Below the pieces are notes generated by a model that saw nothing but the letters and a program-made list of their open reading frames with translations, did not search any database and was not told the origin of the DNA. A stretch of DNA of 64,000 nucleotides from Gammaproteobacteria bacterium (GTDB lineage Bacteria; Pseudomonadota; Gammaproteobacteria; UBA4575), in contig CBDBDH010000001.1 of assembly GCA_965203725.1 (NCBI GenBank), positions 644,686-708,685 on the forward strand, written 5' to 3'. Positions 1-8,531 of the stretch are shown one piece after another. How positions within the stretch are numbered: position 1 is the first letter of the stretch; each line of letters starts with the position of its first letter. The position numbers and the translations under genes are program-made.

Positions 1-1
1 C

Positions 2-1618
2 GACGCCATCGACGAGGGCAAGGAGACGTTCAAGCTGAAGCTCTCGAACCCGCAGGGGGTGTATCTGCGCAAGATGCACCGCGAGGCGAAGGGGGTCATC
101 AAGAACGACGATCCGCTGCAGGCGATGTGGCTGTCGCGCTTCGGGCGCACCATCGCCACGCAGGTCACGGAAGCGGTCTCGGAGCGCTTCGGCGGACTGG
201 CGCCGGGGGCCCACGCCACGCTGGCGGGGGTGGCGCTTGATCTCTCGGATACCGAAGACGGCGACGTGCTGGCGCAGGCCCTCACCGGCCTGGCGCAGGC
301 ATACGGCACGCCCGCTTCGAACGACGGGGATGACCTGTTCGCGCAGGCGCGCGGCTTTGGCGAGGCCCGCCACGGGGAACCCGTCACGTCTTCGCGCGAC
401 CTCGGTCCACGCGACCTGCTGCTCGGCAGCGCCTTCCACGTCGCCTCCGGGAGCCGCGCCTCGGGTCCGGGCCTGGCGGCCTGGGGCCGGGTGGCGCACG
501 GCGACTTCGACGGCGAGGACTCGACCGGTGACGGTGCGCTGCGCCTCGACGGCGAGGTGACCACCGGCATGCTCGGCATGGATGCCGAATGGGACCGCTG
601 GCTGGCGGGCGTGGCGGTGAGCCTGAGCGAGGGCGACGGCAGCTTCAACAACCCCGGGGTGGACTCCGGCGACCTGGAGAGCACCATGACCACGGTGAAC
701 CCCTATGCGAGGGTCCGGCTGAGCCCACGGGTCTCGGCCTGGGCACTGGCCGGCTGGGGCACCGGGTCGATGACCATGAAACAGGACGCACGCGGGGACC
801 GGGAACGGATCGAGACGAAGACCGACATCGACCTGCGCATGGCGGCCCTCGGGGCACGCGGTGCGCTGCTCGAACCCGGTGAGGCGGGCGGTGTGGATCT
901 CGCGCTCAAGGCCGATGCGTTCTTCGTGCGCACCGAGTGGGACCGTATCTCGGGCGAGTCGGATACCGAGACGGATGCCAGCCGCGTGCGCCTTGTGCTG
1001 GAGGGCGGTCGCAGCTACGACTTCGGCTCCGGTGCGACGCTGCGGCCGTCGCTGGAACTGGGCGTGCGCCATGACGGCGGCGACGCCGAGACCGGCACGG
1101 GCGGTGAGATCGGTGCAGGCCTGAACTATATGAACCCGGATACCGGCCTGTCGGTCGATGCGAAGGCGCGCATGCTGGTTGCGCACGCCGACTCGGATTA
1201 CGAGGAATGGGGCGCGAGCGCCTCGATCCTCCTGGATCCCGGCACCCACGGGCGCGGCCTGTCGTTCAGGCTGTCGCCCACCCTGGGAGTGGCATCGAGC
1301 ACGACGCAGCAGTTGTGGGGGGCACAGCGCCCGCACGGCTTCGTGACGGCGGGCGACGGCGGGTTCGAAGCGCAGCGAAGCCTGCACAGTGAGGTAGGCT
1401 ACGGCCTGCCCGCCTTCAACGGGCAGTTCACCGGCACGCCCAATGCCGGGCTCGAACTCTCGGATGACGTGCGCAACTACCGCCTCGGCTGGCGTCTGAA
1501 CTCCACCCAGCCGGGCGAATCCTTCGGGCTGCGCCTCGACGTGATCCGCCGCGAGAGCGCCGCATCCGACGTGCTGCCCGAGCATGCGCTGACGCTGCAG
1601 GGCCGCTACCACTGGTAG
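2..1618 (+). CDS. Autotransporter-type outer-membrane beta-barrel (translocator) domain; C-terminal part of a gene that continues upstream of the window
   Basis: Reading frame is open from nt 2 (DAIDEGKETFKLKLSNPQG...). The last ~300 aa have alternating-hydrophobic beta-strand character and end ...LQGRYHW with aromatic residues at -1/-3, typical of autotransporter/OMP barrels. GC-rich. Confidence 0.55.
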   Translation, partial: DAIDEGKETFKLKLSNPQGVYLRKMHREAKGVIKNDDPLQAMWLSRFGRTIATQVTEAVSERFGGLAPGAHATLAGVALDLSDTEDGDVLAQALTGLAQAYGTPASNDGDDLFAQARGFGEARHGEPVTSSRDLGPRDLLLGSAFHVASGSRASGPGLAAWGRVAHGDFDGEDSTGDGALRLDGEVTTGMLGMDAEWDRWLAGVAVSLSEGDGSFNNPGVDSGDLESTMTTVNPYARVRLSPRVSAWALAGWGTGSMTMKQDARGDRERIETKTDIDLRMAALGARGALLEPGEAGGVDLALKADAFFVRTEWDRISGESDTETDASRVRLVLEGGRSYDFGSGATLRPSLELGVRHDGGDAETGTGGEIGAGLNYMNPDTGLSVDAKARMLVAHADSDYEEWGASASILLDPGTHGRGLSFRLSPTLGVASSTTQQLWGAQRPHGFVTAGDGGFEAQRSLHSEVGYGLPAFNGQFTGTPNAGLELSDDVRNYRLGWRLNSTQPGESFGLRLDVIRRESAASDVLPEHALTLQGRYHW

Positions 1619-2001
1619 ACCGGCCTGCCGTGGCCTGTGCGGATCGTCCTCCCGGTCCGCACAGGGTGCGGGCACACACTGAGGGAGTTTTAGGCCATGT
1701 GAATCAGGGGTACTGGTGTACCCCTGACGTGCTGCCTTTGATCTGCCAGCGTGTCTCTCAATGCTCGTGCACGACCAGGAAGAGGCACAGAAGACAGGAT
1801 AGGATTCCCCAGGCTGGATTCTTGATGACTCGATCCGCTTTGCCGTTATAAGGAAGCATGTCAGCGTCCTGCAAGGCTTTTCCCGGTAATTTGTACAAGG
1901 CAGGATGGCCAGCTTCATGTCTGCGATCATGTCTCACTGTCACATGGCCTTCCTGTTTTCGAACTCCAAAGTTAGGGGCTTATATACGAAAGTTACCAAG
2001 A

Positions 2002-2298
2002 CTAATTGTCACGTCTAGAGTGCCACCAAGTAGTGGCACTTTTTGTCCCAGTAAGAACCCCTGTAATTACAAGCCAAGAAAATGCCGCCCAGAAAAATGT
2101 ATAAATTACAAAGCCAGAATATTTCATCCCTAAACAAATATTCATTATCTGCGACTCAGGTAAGTTAACATTGCCAGGCAGTTTGATAAGATCACCACAT
2201 TCATATACCCATATAGTGCCACTGCTCAAATCAGCACCACCAGCTACTGTAACGCCGATCATAAAGGAAATTAACAAAACTGGAATTTGTTTTTGCAT
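2002..2298 (-). CDS. Small hypothetical protein with N-terminal signal-peptide/TM segment
   Basis: ORF in low-GC stretch; N-terminus MQKQIPVLLISFMIGVTVAGG is hydrophobic. No family recognised. Confidence 0.3.
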   Translation of the reverse strand: MQKQIPVLLISFMIGVTVAGGADLSSGTIWVYECGDLIKLPGNVNLPESQIMNICLGMKYSGFVIYTFFWAAFSWLVITGVLTGTKSATTWWHSRRDN

Positions 2299-2419
2299 GG
2301 CTTCAAATAATGCAACATCATCAAAATAGGCTTACTTGGCTTTTCGCTTAACGGGCTTATCCATTTAAGAGAGTGCCATAGACTGTAACAGACCATCCCA
2401 TACAGAAAAAAGGCCGCGA

Positions 2420-2776
2420 TTATGGTACGTCAAGATATCCCTTGCAATGCTTTGTAACATGGCCTGCCATTTCTGAAAGTTGTTCAAGCATTTCACTAAG
2501 GGTTAGCCCCTTTGCTGGCTGCCATGTATACATCCTGCCTGCTGCTACTGTAAGCATTTCAGAAGCTGCCAAGCAATAACCTCTTATCGAAAAATTTACC
2601 GCTGCTGCAATTTTTGCATGGCTCCCAACAGTGCGTCCGGCTCTTGCTTTTCCTGTTTCACCTATAGTTCTAAAATAATCATTCATCCATGCTTCATCCG
2701 GGTTAGGCGGGTTTTCATTGGCATGACTGGATACGGCCAAGGCAAGCAATACAATTCCTAGTGTCCTGATAGTCAC
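2420..2776 (-). CDS. Hypothetical secreted protein
   Basis: N-terminal signal peptide (MTIRTLGIVLLALAVSSHA); 118 aa; low-GC region. Confidence 0.5.
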   Translation of the reverse strand: MTIRTLGIVLLALAVSSHANENPPNPDEAWMNDYFRTIGETGKARAGRTVGSHAKIAAAVNFSIRGYCLAASEMLTVAAGRMYTWQPAKGLTLSEMLEQLSEMAGHVTKHCKGYLDVP

Positions 2777-2879
2777 AATTCCTCCCCTTTTAATGTTTAT
2801 GTGTCTAACTAGGGTAACACTACAAAGGAGGCAATAAAGAGCTTGCTATAACCGAGCTTCACACAATGGAGAATGACAA

Positions 2880-3218
2880 ATGAACCGAATTACAAAGAGC
2901 ATTGCAGCAGCAGTATTTTTTGCATGTATCACACATACCCCGGCAAACACTCCAAAAATGAGTTTCGAAAAGGCAACAGAATTAGCCATAAATGATCCCG
3001 TATTTCTCGAACAATATTTGATGATTGGCAAGAGCCCGTGCGATGTTGATTTGCTTTTTGTTCTACTCAAAAAAGACTGGTATATCATTTGCCAAGGCTG
3101 CAGGGATTTTGAGCATATGGCAAAAGATTACTTGCCGCCTGAATTGATGCAGAAACTAAAATCCCCTGGACCTTGGTTATTCCAGGATTTGACTTATCAA
3201 GCGGGTATTTGTCCGTGA
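2880..3218 (+). CDS. Hypothetical secreted protein
   Basis: Signal peptide-like N-terminus (AAAVFFACITHTPA); RBS GGAGAATGACAAATG upstream; low GC. Confidence 0.5.
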   Translation: MNRITKSIAAAVFFACITHTPANTPKMSFEKATELAINDPVFLEQYLMIGKSPCDVDLLFVLLKKDWYIICQGCRDFEHMAKDYLPPELMQKLKSPGPWLFQDLTYQAGICP

Positions 3219-3249
3219 TTCTTCCAGTTATGAAAATGGAGACTAGCAA

Positions 3250-3651
3250 ATGAAAATCGCAATTCCTGGAATTGTCCTGCTACTGAGTGTGGGTACAGTT
3301 CAAGCGCATGGCATCGAAGTTGAACACGTAGAGCTTCTAACGAATAAGACGCTAGAACTCCATAACAGTCAGCACAAGCAAATACAAGAACTTAATGACG
3401 CTGTGAATGTATCTATGGATGTGATTAACAAAGCAATGGTTAACCTACACAACATGCAAGCTGTACTTATCTTAGAAACTCAACTTTCACATTTTCGCAA
3501 ACATGAAAAGGGGCTATGCCTAACTAATGACGAGTTTAATGAGATAATGATAGATATGGAAAACGTGCAATCTAAATCAGGAGTAGATGAAAACAAGATT
3601 GATGCCTTGCAAAAGGTATATAAAATGCTAACTAATATCTGTACAGAATGA
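3250..3651 (+). CDS. Hypothetical secreted coiled-coil protein
   Basis: Signal peptide MKIAIPGIVLLLSVGTVQA; RBS GGAGACTAGCAAATG; low GC. Confidence 0.5.
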   Translation: MKIAIPGIVLLLSVGTVQAHGIEVEHVELLTNKTLELHNSQHKQIQELNDAVNVSMDVINKAMVNLHNMQAVLILETQLSHFRKHEKGLCLTNDEFNEIMIDMENVQSKSGVDENKIDALQKVYKMLTNICTE

Positions 3652-3955
3652 CCAAACAAATCACATTCCTGCTAATGGCAAGCCTGTCTGTTTGCAGCTG
3701 CACCAAGAACCAGGATTTGCTAAAACAGATCACTACGAATCAAGATGCGTGGTGAAACAATCGGGAATTTCTCTACATCTAAGCAATCCATCCTGCTATA
3801 ACGGACCTAGTTCTCCTGTCGGCCGCAATACTCCACTGCCAACCTTCGCAGTTTGCCGCCCGTCGCGATTAGTATGTCATCATAGGTCCAGTAGGGATTG
3901 ACGCCGTTTCCCTTCACTAGTGGCTGCATGATGATCAGGTCGGTATCCTCGAATC

Positions 3956-4762
3956 TCACCCCACCATGCCAACAGCACTTGAGGATTGTGGCTTGCATCG
4001 ATCCAGTTTCTTTTTCGCTATACGCTCAATGCGACTTGCGACCTTCGCAACCGTGTCGAGTGAGACGTTGGCCGGTAAATGACCGTTGGGCAGGTACCTG
4101 GATATATAGCCTGCGCTGCCCCCCTGAAGTCCGAAACGGGTCGTTACGACATAGGCGACTGCTTCCGCTTCAATCTCTTTTGTACTTGTGTCCAAGTAAG
4201 CACGGCTTGGCCACCATTGATCCTGATCGCAGCCCAGATGACCCAAAAAGATGTGAGCGAGCTCATGACACAACACACCGAAACGGCTTGGTGGATCCAG
4301 ACCCTCATGAATCACAATATGCATCTTCCCGTCAGTCAGACGGTCATCGAACGTCGCAAATCCGCCATGGGTCGGTGAAAGTTCCTTGAAATCAACCCGA
4401 ACGCTGTCATGGCGGGCAGCATTGTTTACCATCCTCTTAAGCCATTTAGGGTTCCAATCCCCCTCAAAGTGTGCAAATCTTTTCAGCTCTTTGGGTAAGG
4501 TGTCGCCCTCAGTCTGATCCAGGTCATACACCAGAATGACCGGATGCATCGGGGCCAGAATGACCATAGGTCGGGTATCTTCCTTGAGCGTGTACCCGAA
4601 CCGGGCATACCAGGTCTTTTGAGTAGCAAAGAAACTGCAACTTGGGTTCTGGATTTTCACCAGCATGTTGTTGAAAGGGGAATACTGGCGAAAGCGGGCC
4701 ATGAAGCTGACCATCTCCTGAAACTTCTCTGTAGACCGATACACCCCACTGGCTCGCAGCAA
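3956..4762 (-). CDS. ArdC-like antirestriction-family protein (ssDNA-binding N-domain plus HExxH zincin peptidase domain); N-terminus possibly disrupted
   Basis: N-part YSPFNNMLVKIQ...ATQKTWYARFGYTLKEDTRPMVILAP matches the ArdC_N/DUF1738 pattern (YsGiNvllL...TfkQak.lGg.VrKGEk). C-part has HELAHIFLGH metal-binding motif. ORF track start is a TTG. Confidence 0.5.
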   Translation of the reverse strand: MLRASGVYRSTEKFQEMVSFMARFRQYSPFNNMLVKIQNPSCSFFATQKTWYARFGYTLKEDTRPMVILAPMHPVILVYDLDQTEGDTLPKELKRFAHFEGDWNPKWLKRMVNNAARHDSVRVDFKELSPTHGGFATFDDRLTDGKMHIVIHEGLDPPSRFGVLCHELAHIFLGHLGCDQDQWWPSRAYLDTSTKEIEAEAVAYVVTTRFGLQGGSAGYISRYLPNGHLPANVSLDTVAKVASRIERIAKKKLDRCKPQSSSAVGMVG

Positions 4763-5176
4763 TGCATCAATGCTCGACTCGACTTCCAGACGCGGGGGTG
4801 CTTCATGCTGGAGTGCAAAATACAGATCATCGGAACTGAGCAGCGATGTATGTATGATCGATGGTGGAGTCTCAGGGTCTTATCCCCTTCCAGCCTGTCC
4901 AGAACATCCTTAATAACCCAGCGTGACTTGAGCCCAACTTTCTGTTCTACCTGTTCAAGCAGTTCCCAAGGGGCAGGTTGTGCAGGCTGGTCTATCAACT
5001 CCAGTACCGCCTCTCTCACACGCTGGTTAAGCGGCTCCAACAGGCAGGCAGACAGGTCGATCTGTTCAGTCATGAACTCATAGTCAAGTTGGAGGTATCC
5101 TTATCTCTCGTGTGCATAGCACTCTCAACTCATGATGATTTGAATTTCTCAACGGATCGCTTGGAATCCTTGCGTT

Positions 5177-5366
5177 TTACTCGTCATGGGGCTTTGACGA
5201 CCGTGCCCCGGTGCCTGGCTTGTCCAAGTTGCGCCAAGACCAGATACCCCACGCGACAAAGGGAAATGCCCACCCCCAGCCGCCGGTCACCGAAGCCAGC
5301 CACATTGTGAAAAAGAGAAACATCACGATGCCCGCAATAATGAATATGGTCTGAAAGAATTCCTGC
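5177..5366 (-). CDS. Small membrane protein (two predicted TM helices)
   Basis: MQEFFQTIFIIAGIVMFLFFTMWLASVTGGWGWAFPFVAWGIWSW...; SD AGGGAG about 6 nt upstream of the internal ATG. An alternative frame (5184-5372) also exists. Confidence 0.3.
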
Positions 5367-5510
5367 ATCCATATCTCCCTAGATTTTTGTTTGTAGGGGC
5401 ACACATTCAATACAGTAGCCGGACCCAAGACTCCTGGAAGCTTGTCAAGGTCCGTTTTGCAATAGCAACACCCCTAGGGTAATACTTTCAAACCTTACAC
5501 TTCTCGGTCT

Positions 5511-5888
5511 TTACCCCGGTGCGAGCGCCGACCAGAGATCCTGAATCAGGTTTTCCGGTGTCATCGTCTCGTTCATCGCGTGTGACGGCATCACGCTCTG
5601 GTCCTCTGCCCACAGGAGGTTGTACAGTACCAGCACGTACTTCTCCAGACTTAGGGCTTCCAGCAGAAGACTCTCCGCGTTTTCCAGGGCGCTGTCCTAG
5701 CCTTCTGGATCCCGGTAGTTTGGTAGTTCCTGTTGCAGGTACGCCAGCGTCGACAGTGGTGTCTCCTCCGGGACCAGGGGCCGGAACTGTTTCTCGATCG
5801 CCATCTCCTTCCACGGATCCGCCTTTATCAGCTTCAGTTCCTTCTGCGGCAAGTGTGCCAGTTCGTCCAGGTAAAATCGTTCGCTCAT
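5511..5888 (-). pseudogene. Copy 1 of tandem paralog family (KELKLIKADPWKEMAIEKQFRPLVPEETP... family) interrupted by in-frame TAG
   Basis: ORF track gives 63 aa (5697-5888) ending ...YRDPEG. Reading through the TAG continues in frame as DSALENAESLLLEALSLEKYVLVLYNLLWAEDQSVMPSHAMNETMTPENLIQDLWSALAPG*, colinear with copies 2 and 3. Confidence 0.55.
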
Positions 5889-5890
5889 CT

Positions 5891-6118
5891 CTAACTCCTT
5901 TCAGTGCCCGCAGCAGATCCGGTATAGGGAGTGACCTCGAGTTGCGCATCGGACAGTGCGCCACTGGTAATGACTTCCTCAGGCAGGTTCGGCACGTAAT
6001 CGATATCGGGCGGATCCACTGACGCCATGGCGATGAATTCAACAAGGTCTACCGGGTGCGGCTTGGCGCCCTTGACGCTGATCTTGGGGTGGTATTTCGA
6101 GAACGCGGTACCTTCCAC
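5891..6118 (-). CDS. Small ORF upstream of copy 1 (75 aa; shares MEGTAF.KY start and EVITSGALSDA(Q/K)LE segment with an equivalent ORF upstream of copy 2)
   Basis: ORF stop abuts/overlaps start of main gene; the equivalent ORF in unit 2 (about 6528-6790, inside the 224-aa track ORF) has the same conserved ends but the middle is in a different frame. Confidence 0.3.
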   Translation of the reverse strand: MEGTAFSKYHPKISVKGAKPHPVDLVEFIAMASVDPPDIDYVPNLPEEVITSGALSDAQLEVTPYTGSAAGTERS

Positions 6119-6147
6119 TTCCTAGACGCCCTTGCGTTTTTTCGTCT

Positions 6148-6546
6148 TCAGTTGAAATGGGCTAACAGTTCCGCTATCAGTTGGTCCGGTGTCCTTAACG
6201 TCTCGTTCATTGCGACCGACGGCATCGTCTCCTCTGGGCCGCTCCACAGGATGTTGATCAGGGCTAGGAGATACCTCTCCAGACTGAGGGCTTCCATCAG
6301 GGCTTCTTCCGCCCGACTCATGGGTCCCATCATCTCGTTTGCTATCAGTCCCGGGCTGTCCAGCACCCATTTGTGTCCCTCCTCCTGGAGATACACCAGT
6401 GTCGCCGGGCCGTCCCACGGCGTCTCCTCCGGGACCAGGGGCCGGAACTGTTTCTCGATCGCCATCTCCTTCCAAGGGTCCGCCTTTATCAGCTTCAGCT
6501 CCTTCGGGGGCAGGTGTTCCGGTATCTCTAGGTAGTATTCGCCCAT
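6148..6546 (-). CDS. Copy 2 of tandem paralog family; hypothetical acidic cytoplasmic protein (132 aa)
   Basis: Shares PPKELKLIKADPWKEMAIEKQFRPLVPEETPW and YLLALINILWSGPEETMPS blocks with copy 3 (6806-7171) and the interrupted copy 1. Confidence 0.6.
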   Translation of the reverse strand: MGEYYLEIPEHLPPKELKLIKADPWKEMAIEKQFRPLVPEETPWDGPATLVYLQEEGHKWVLDSPGLIANEMMGPMSRAEEALMEALSLERYLLALINILWSGPEETMPSVAMNETLRTPDQLIAELLAHFN

Positions 6547-6805
6547 TTCGTGTACCCTCCAGTGCCCGCAGCAGGTCCGGCGCAGGTAATAGCCTCAAGC
6601 TTCGCATCGGACAGAGCACCGCTGGTGATTACCTCCCTTGGACAGGTTCGGCGCATAATCGGTGTCAGGCGGTTGTACCGAGGCCATGGCTGTGGATTCG
6701 ACCAAGTTGGCGGGGGGTGCCTTTGACCTTGATCGAGGAGCCGGTATTTTGCAAATGCCGTGCCTTCTTCCTCTTTCACACCTTCAGACTTGCTTTTCTG
6801 CGTTT

Positions 6806-7171
6806 TTACCTCGGTGCGAACTGGGCGCCCAGTTCCTGTATCAGGACCCCCGGCGGGCTCAGTGTCCGGCTCATCGCGTCCGACGGCATCGTCTCCTCTG
6901 GGCCGCTCCACAGGATGTTGATCAGGGCCAGGAGATACCTTCCCTGGTGTAGCCTTGCCAGAAGGTACTTTTCCGCGTCCGCCAGCCTTCCCTCCGGGTC
7001 TTCGTACTCCCCACTCTCCTGTTCCAGGTACGCGAGTGTCGCCGGCAACTCCCACGGCGTCTCCTCCGGGACCAGGGGCCGGAACTGTTTCTCGATCGCC
7101 ATCTCCTTCCAAGGGTCCGCCTTTATCAGCTTCAACTCCTTGGGCGGCAGAACTATCTTGTCGTCGCTCAT
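6806..7171 (-). CDS. Copy 3 of tandem paralog family; hypothetical acidic cytoplasmic protein (121 aa)
   Basis: See copy 2; SD AGGAAATG upstream. Confidence 0.6.
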   Translation of the reverse strand: MSDDKIVLPPKELKLIKADPWKEMAIEKQFRPLVPEETPWELPATLAYLEQESGEYEDPEGRLADAEKYLLARLHQGRYLLALINILWSGPEETMPSDAMSRTLSPPGVLIQELGAQFAPR

Positions 7172-7426
7172 TTCCTGTGCCCTGAATCAAATCAATCCGC
7201 AATCCGGTTATCCTGTTTGTGTCTCTTCCTGGCTCTTCTTCTCATATGGAGAGGCATCCTTCTTTCCTCGCACCCCTCCCACAGCAAATAAACCACCCGA
7301 AAACCGATGACCATCAGGATCATCCACATCAAAATATCGAAGACTTCCTTCCATTCTCTTGTGAGTGTGTTACGAAGCTCCCCGTGGCATACGTGAGACG
7401 TAATCCACCGTGACGCTCATGGGCGG

Positions 7427-7723
7427 TTACGGAATCCCCAAAAAGCAGGTTCGTTGTGCGGCCGGGCTTCCCTGGATCATGTTGCAGGCATTGATCGCAC
7501 GCTGGCGGTGGGCCTGGCTGGCCGAGGTCGCCTGGCGGGCATTCCTGCGCTCCTGGCGCTCAATGCGGTCCATCGATCGCTGCAGGGCACCGCTGGAATA
7601 GCTGCTGGCGTAGGGAGCGCCGCCCCGGTACGACTGGTACGGGCCTTCGTCCGCCCATGCCAGGTGAATAAATGCCATCAGGATGGAGGCGATCAGCACT
7701 GAAAGATATCTACGCTCGTACAC
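7427..7723 (-). CDS. Hypothetical small secreted protein
   Basis: Hydrophobic signal-like N-terminus (LSVLIASILMAFIHLAWA); follows the S74 fragment gene with a 14-nt overlap. Confidence 0.35.
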   Translation of the reverse strand: MYERRYLSVLIASILMAFIHLAWADEGPYQSYRGGAPYASSYSSGALQRSMDRIERQERRNARQATSASQAHRQRAINACNMIQGSPAAQRTCFLGIP

Positions 7724-8078
7724 GGTTTGTCTCCTTCCGCTTTCTGCGGTGTCCTATTTTTGAATAATCCACGACCTTGATACCGCTGGGCAGGACCTTC
7801 ACGGCATCAGGCTTCACTTTCTCGACATCCTGGGCCATCACGCCCATTTCGGTGGTCGGGTGTCCCTTGAACTTGTAGGTATACACGGCCAGGCCGTCCC
7901 GGGTCTCCCCCACCTTCTTGATGTCTTTCTTCACGCGCCGGTCACTCATGGCATAGGCCATGTAGCCAGCGACGCCCAACCCGCCCAGGTTCAGGAGGTT
8001 GTTGAAGCTGCTCTGCTTGGCGTTGGAACGGGCCTGTGCGACCCCGACCTCTCCGGCCCCAAGGGCGCTCGCCCCCAC
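7710..8078 (-). CDS. Peptidase S74 (intramolecular chaperone auto-processing) domain protein; probably the C-terminal remnant of a phage tail-fibre/spike gene
   Basis: AYAMSDRRVKKDIKKVGETRDGLAVYTYKFKGHPTTEMGVMAQDVEKVKPDAV matches the S74 domain signature (SDxRxKxxI ... Y.yk ... G.iAQeve...P.aV). Only 122 aa; no large upstream fibre ORF. Confidence 0.6.
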   Translation of the reverse strand: MGASALGAGEVGVAQARSNAKQSSFNNLLNLGGLGVAGYMAYAMSDRRVKKDIKKVGETRDGLAVYTYKFKGHPTTEMGVMAQDVEKVKPDAVKVLPSGIKVVDYSKIGHRRKRKETNRVRA

Positions 8079-8399
8079 GCCGAGCTGGTGGGCACCCCGG
8101 GCCGCAAAATGATTTCATACCGGATTCCTCCAGATTGCTGCAACTTCCGGCCAAGGTAAGGTGCCGGGCCATTGCAAACATTACTCAGTACGAGGAAGTC
8201 CCTGCCTATTCATCTTAAGTACAAGGAGCGACCCTGTACCGGTAATAAGACTGTCGTATTCAGCAGGTAACCCGACTTAGCGGGACTACTGAGATAATGT
8301 CTGCAGGTGCTAATATAGCAAGGTGGTTATAGATTCATCAACATTATGTGGTCATCTGGCACAGGTTCCAGACGAGGTTAAATTTAGGAAATTAAGGAA

Positions 8400-8531
8400 A
8401 TGCTTATTTTGATGAGGCGATCTGGAGAAAAAATCAGGATCGGTGACGAGATCAAAGTGGAGATACTGGGGATTCAGGGCAATCACGTACGGATTGGCAC
8501 TCACGCGCCCCGACATGTGAAAGTCCATTGA
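8400..8531 (+). CDS. CsrA/RsmA-family RNA-binding protein homologue, C-terminally truncated (43 aa)
   Basis: Translation [43 protein letters not shown] aligns residue-for-residue with E. coli CsrA 1-43 ([43 protein letters not shown]). Ends before the R44 equivalent. GGA-rich leader AGGAAATTAAGGAAATG. Below the track's size cut-off. Confidence 0.65.
   Translation: MLILMRRSGEKIRIGDEIKVEILGIQGNHVRIGTHAPRHVKVH

Larger units (their letters stand above)
5500..7200. repeat. Three tandem direct repeats (about 650 bp each) of a two-ORF module
   Basis: Near-identical nucleotide blocks recur at about 5700-5890, 6350-6546 and 6990-7171. The same peptide strings appear in three minus-strand ORFs and, as antisense artefacts, in plus-strand track ORFs (ASPPGPGAGTVSRSPSPS x3). 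Confidence 0.8.

Noticed and set aside
5519-7310. Plus-strand ORFs with repeated ASPPGPGAGTVSRSPSPS strings (167, 159, 323 aa)
   Set aside because: They are antisense/alternate-frame read-outs of the three tandem minus-strand module copies. The repetition reflects the DNA repeat, not a separate gene family.
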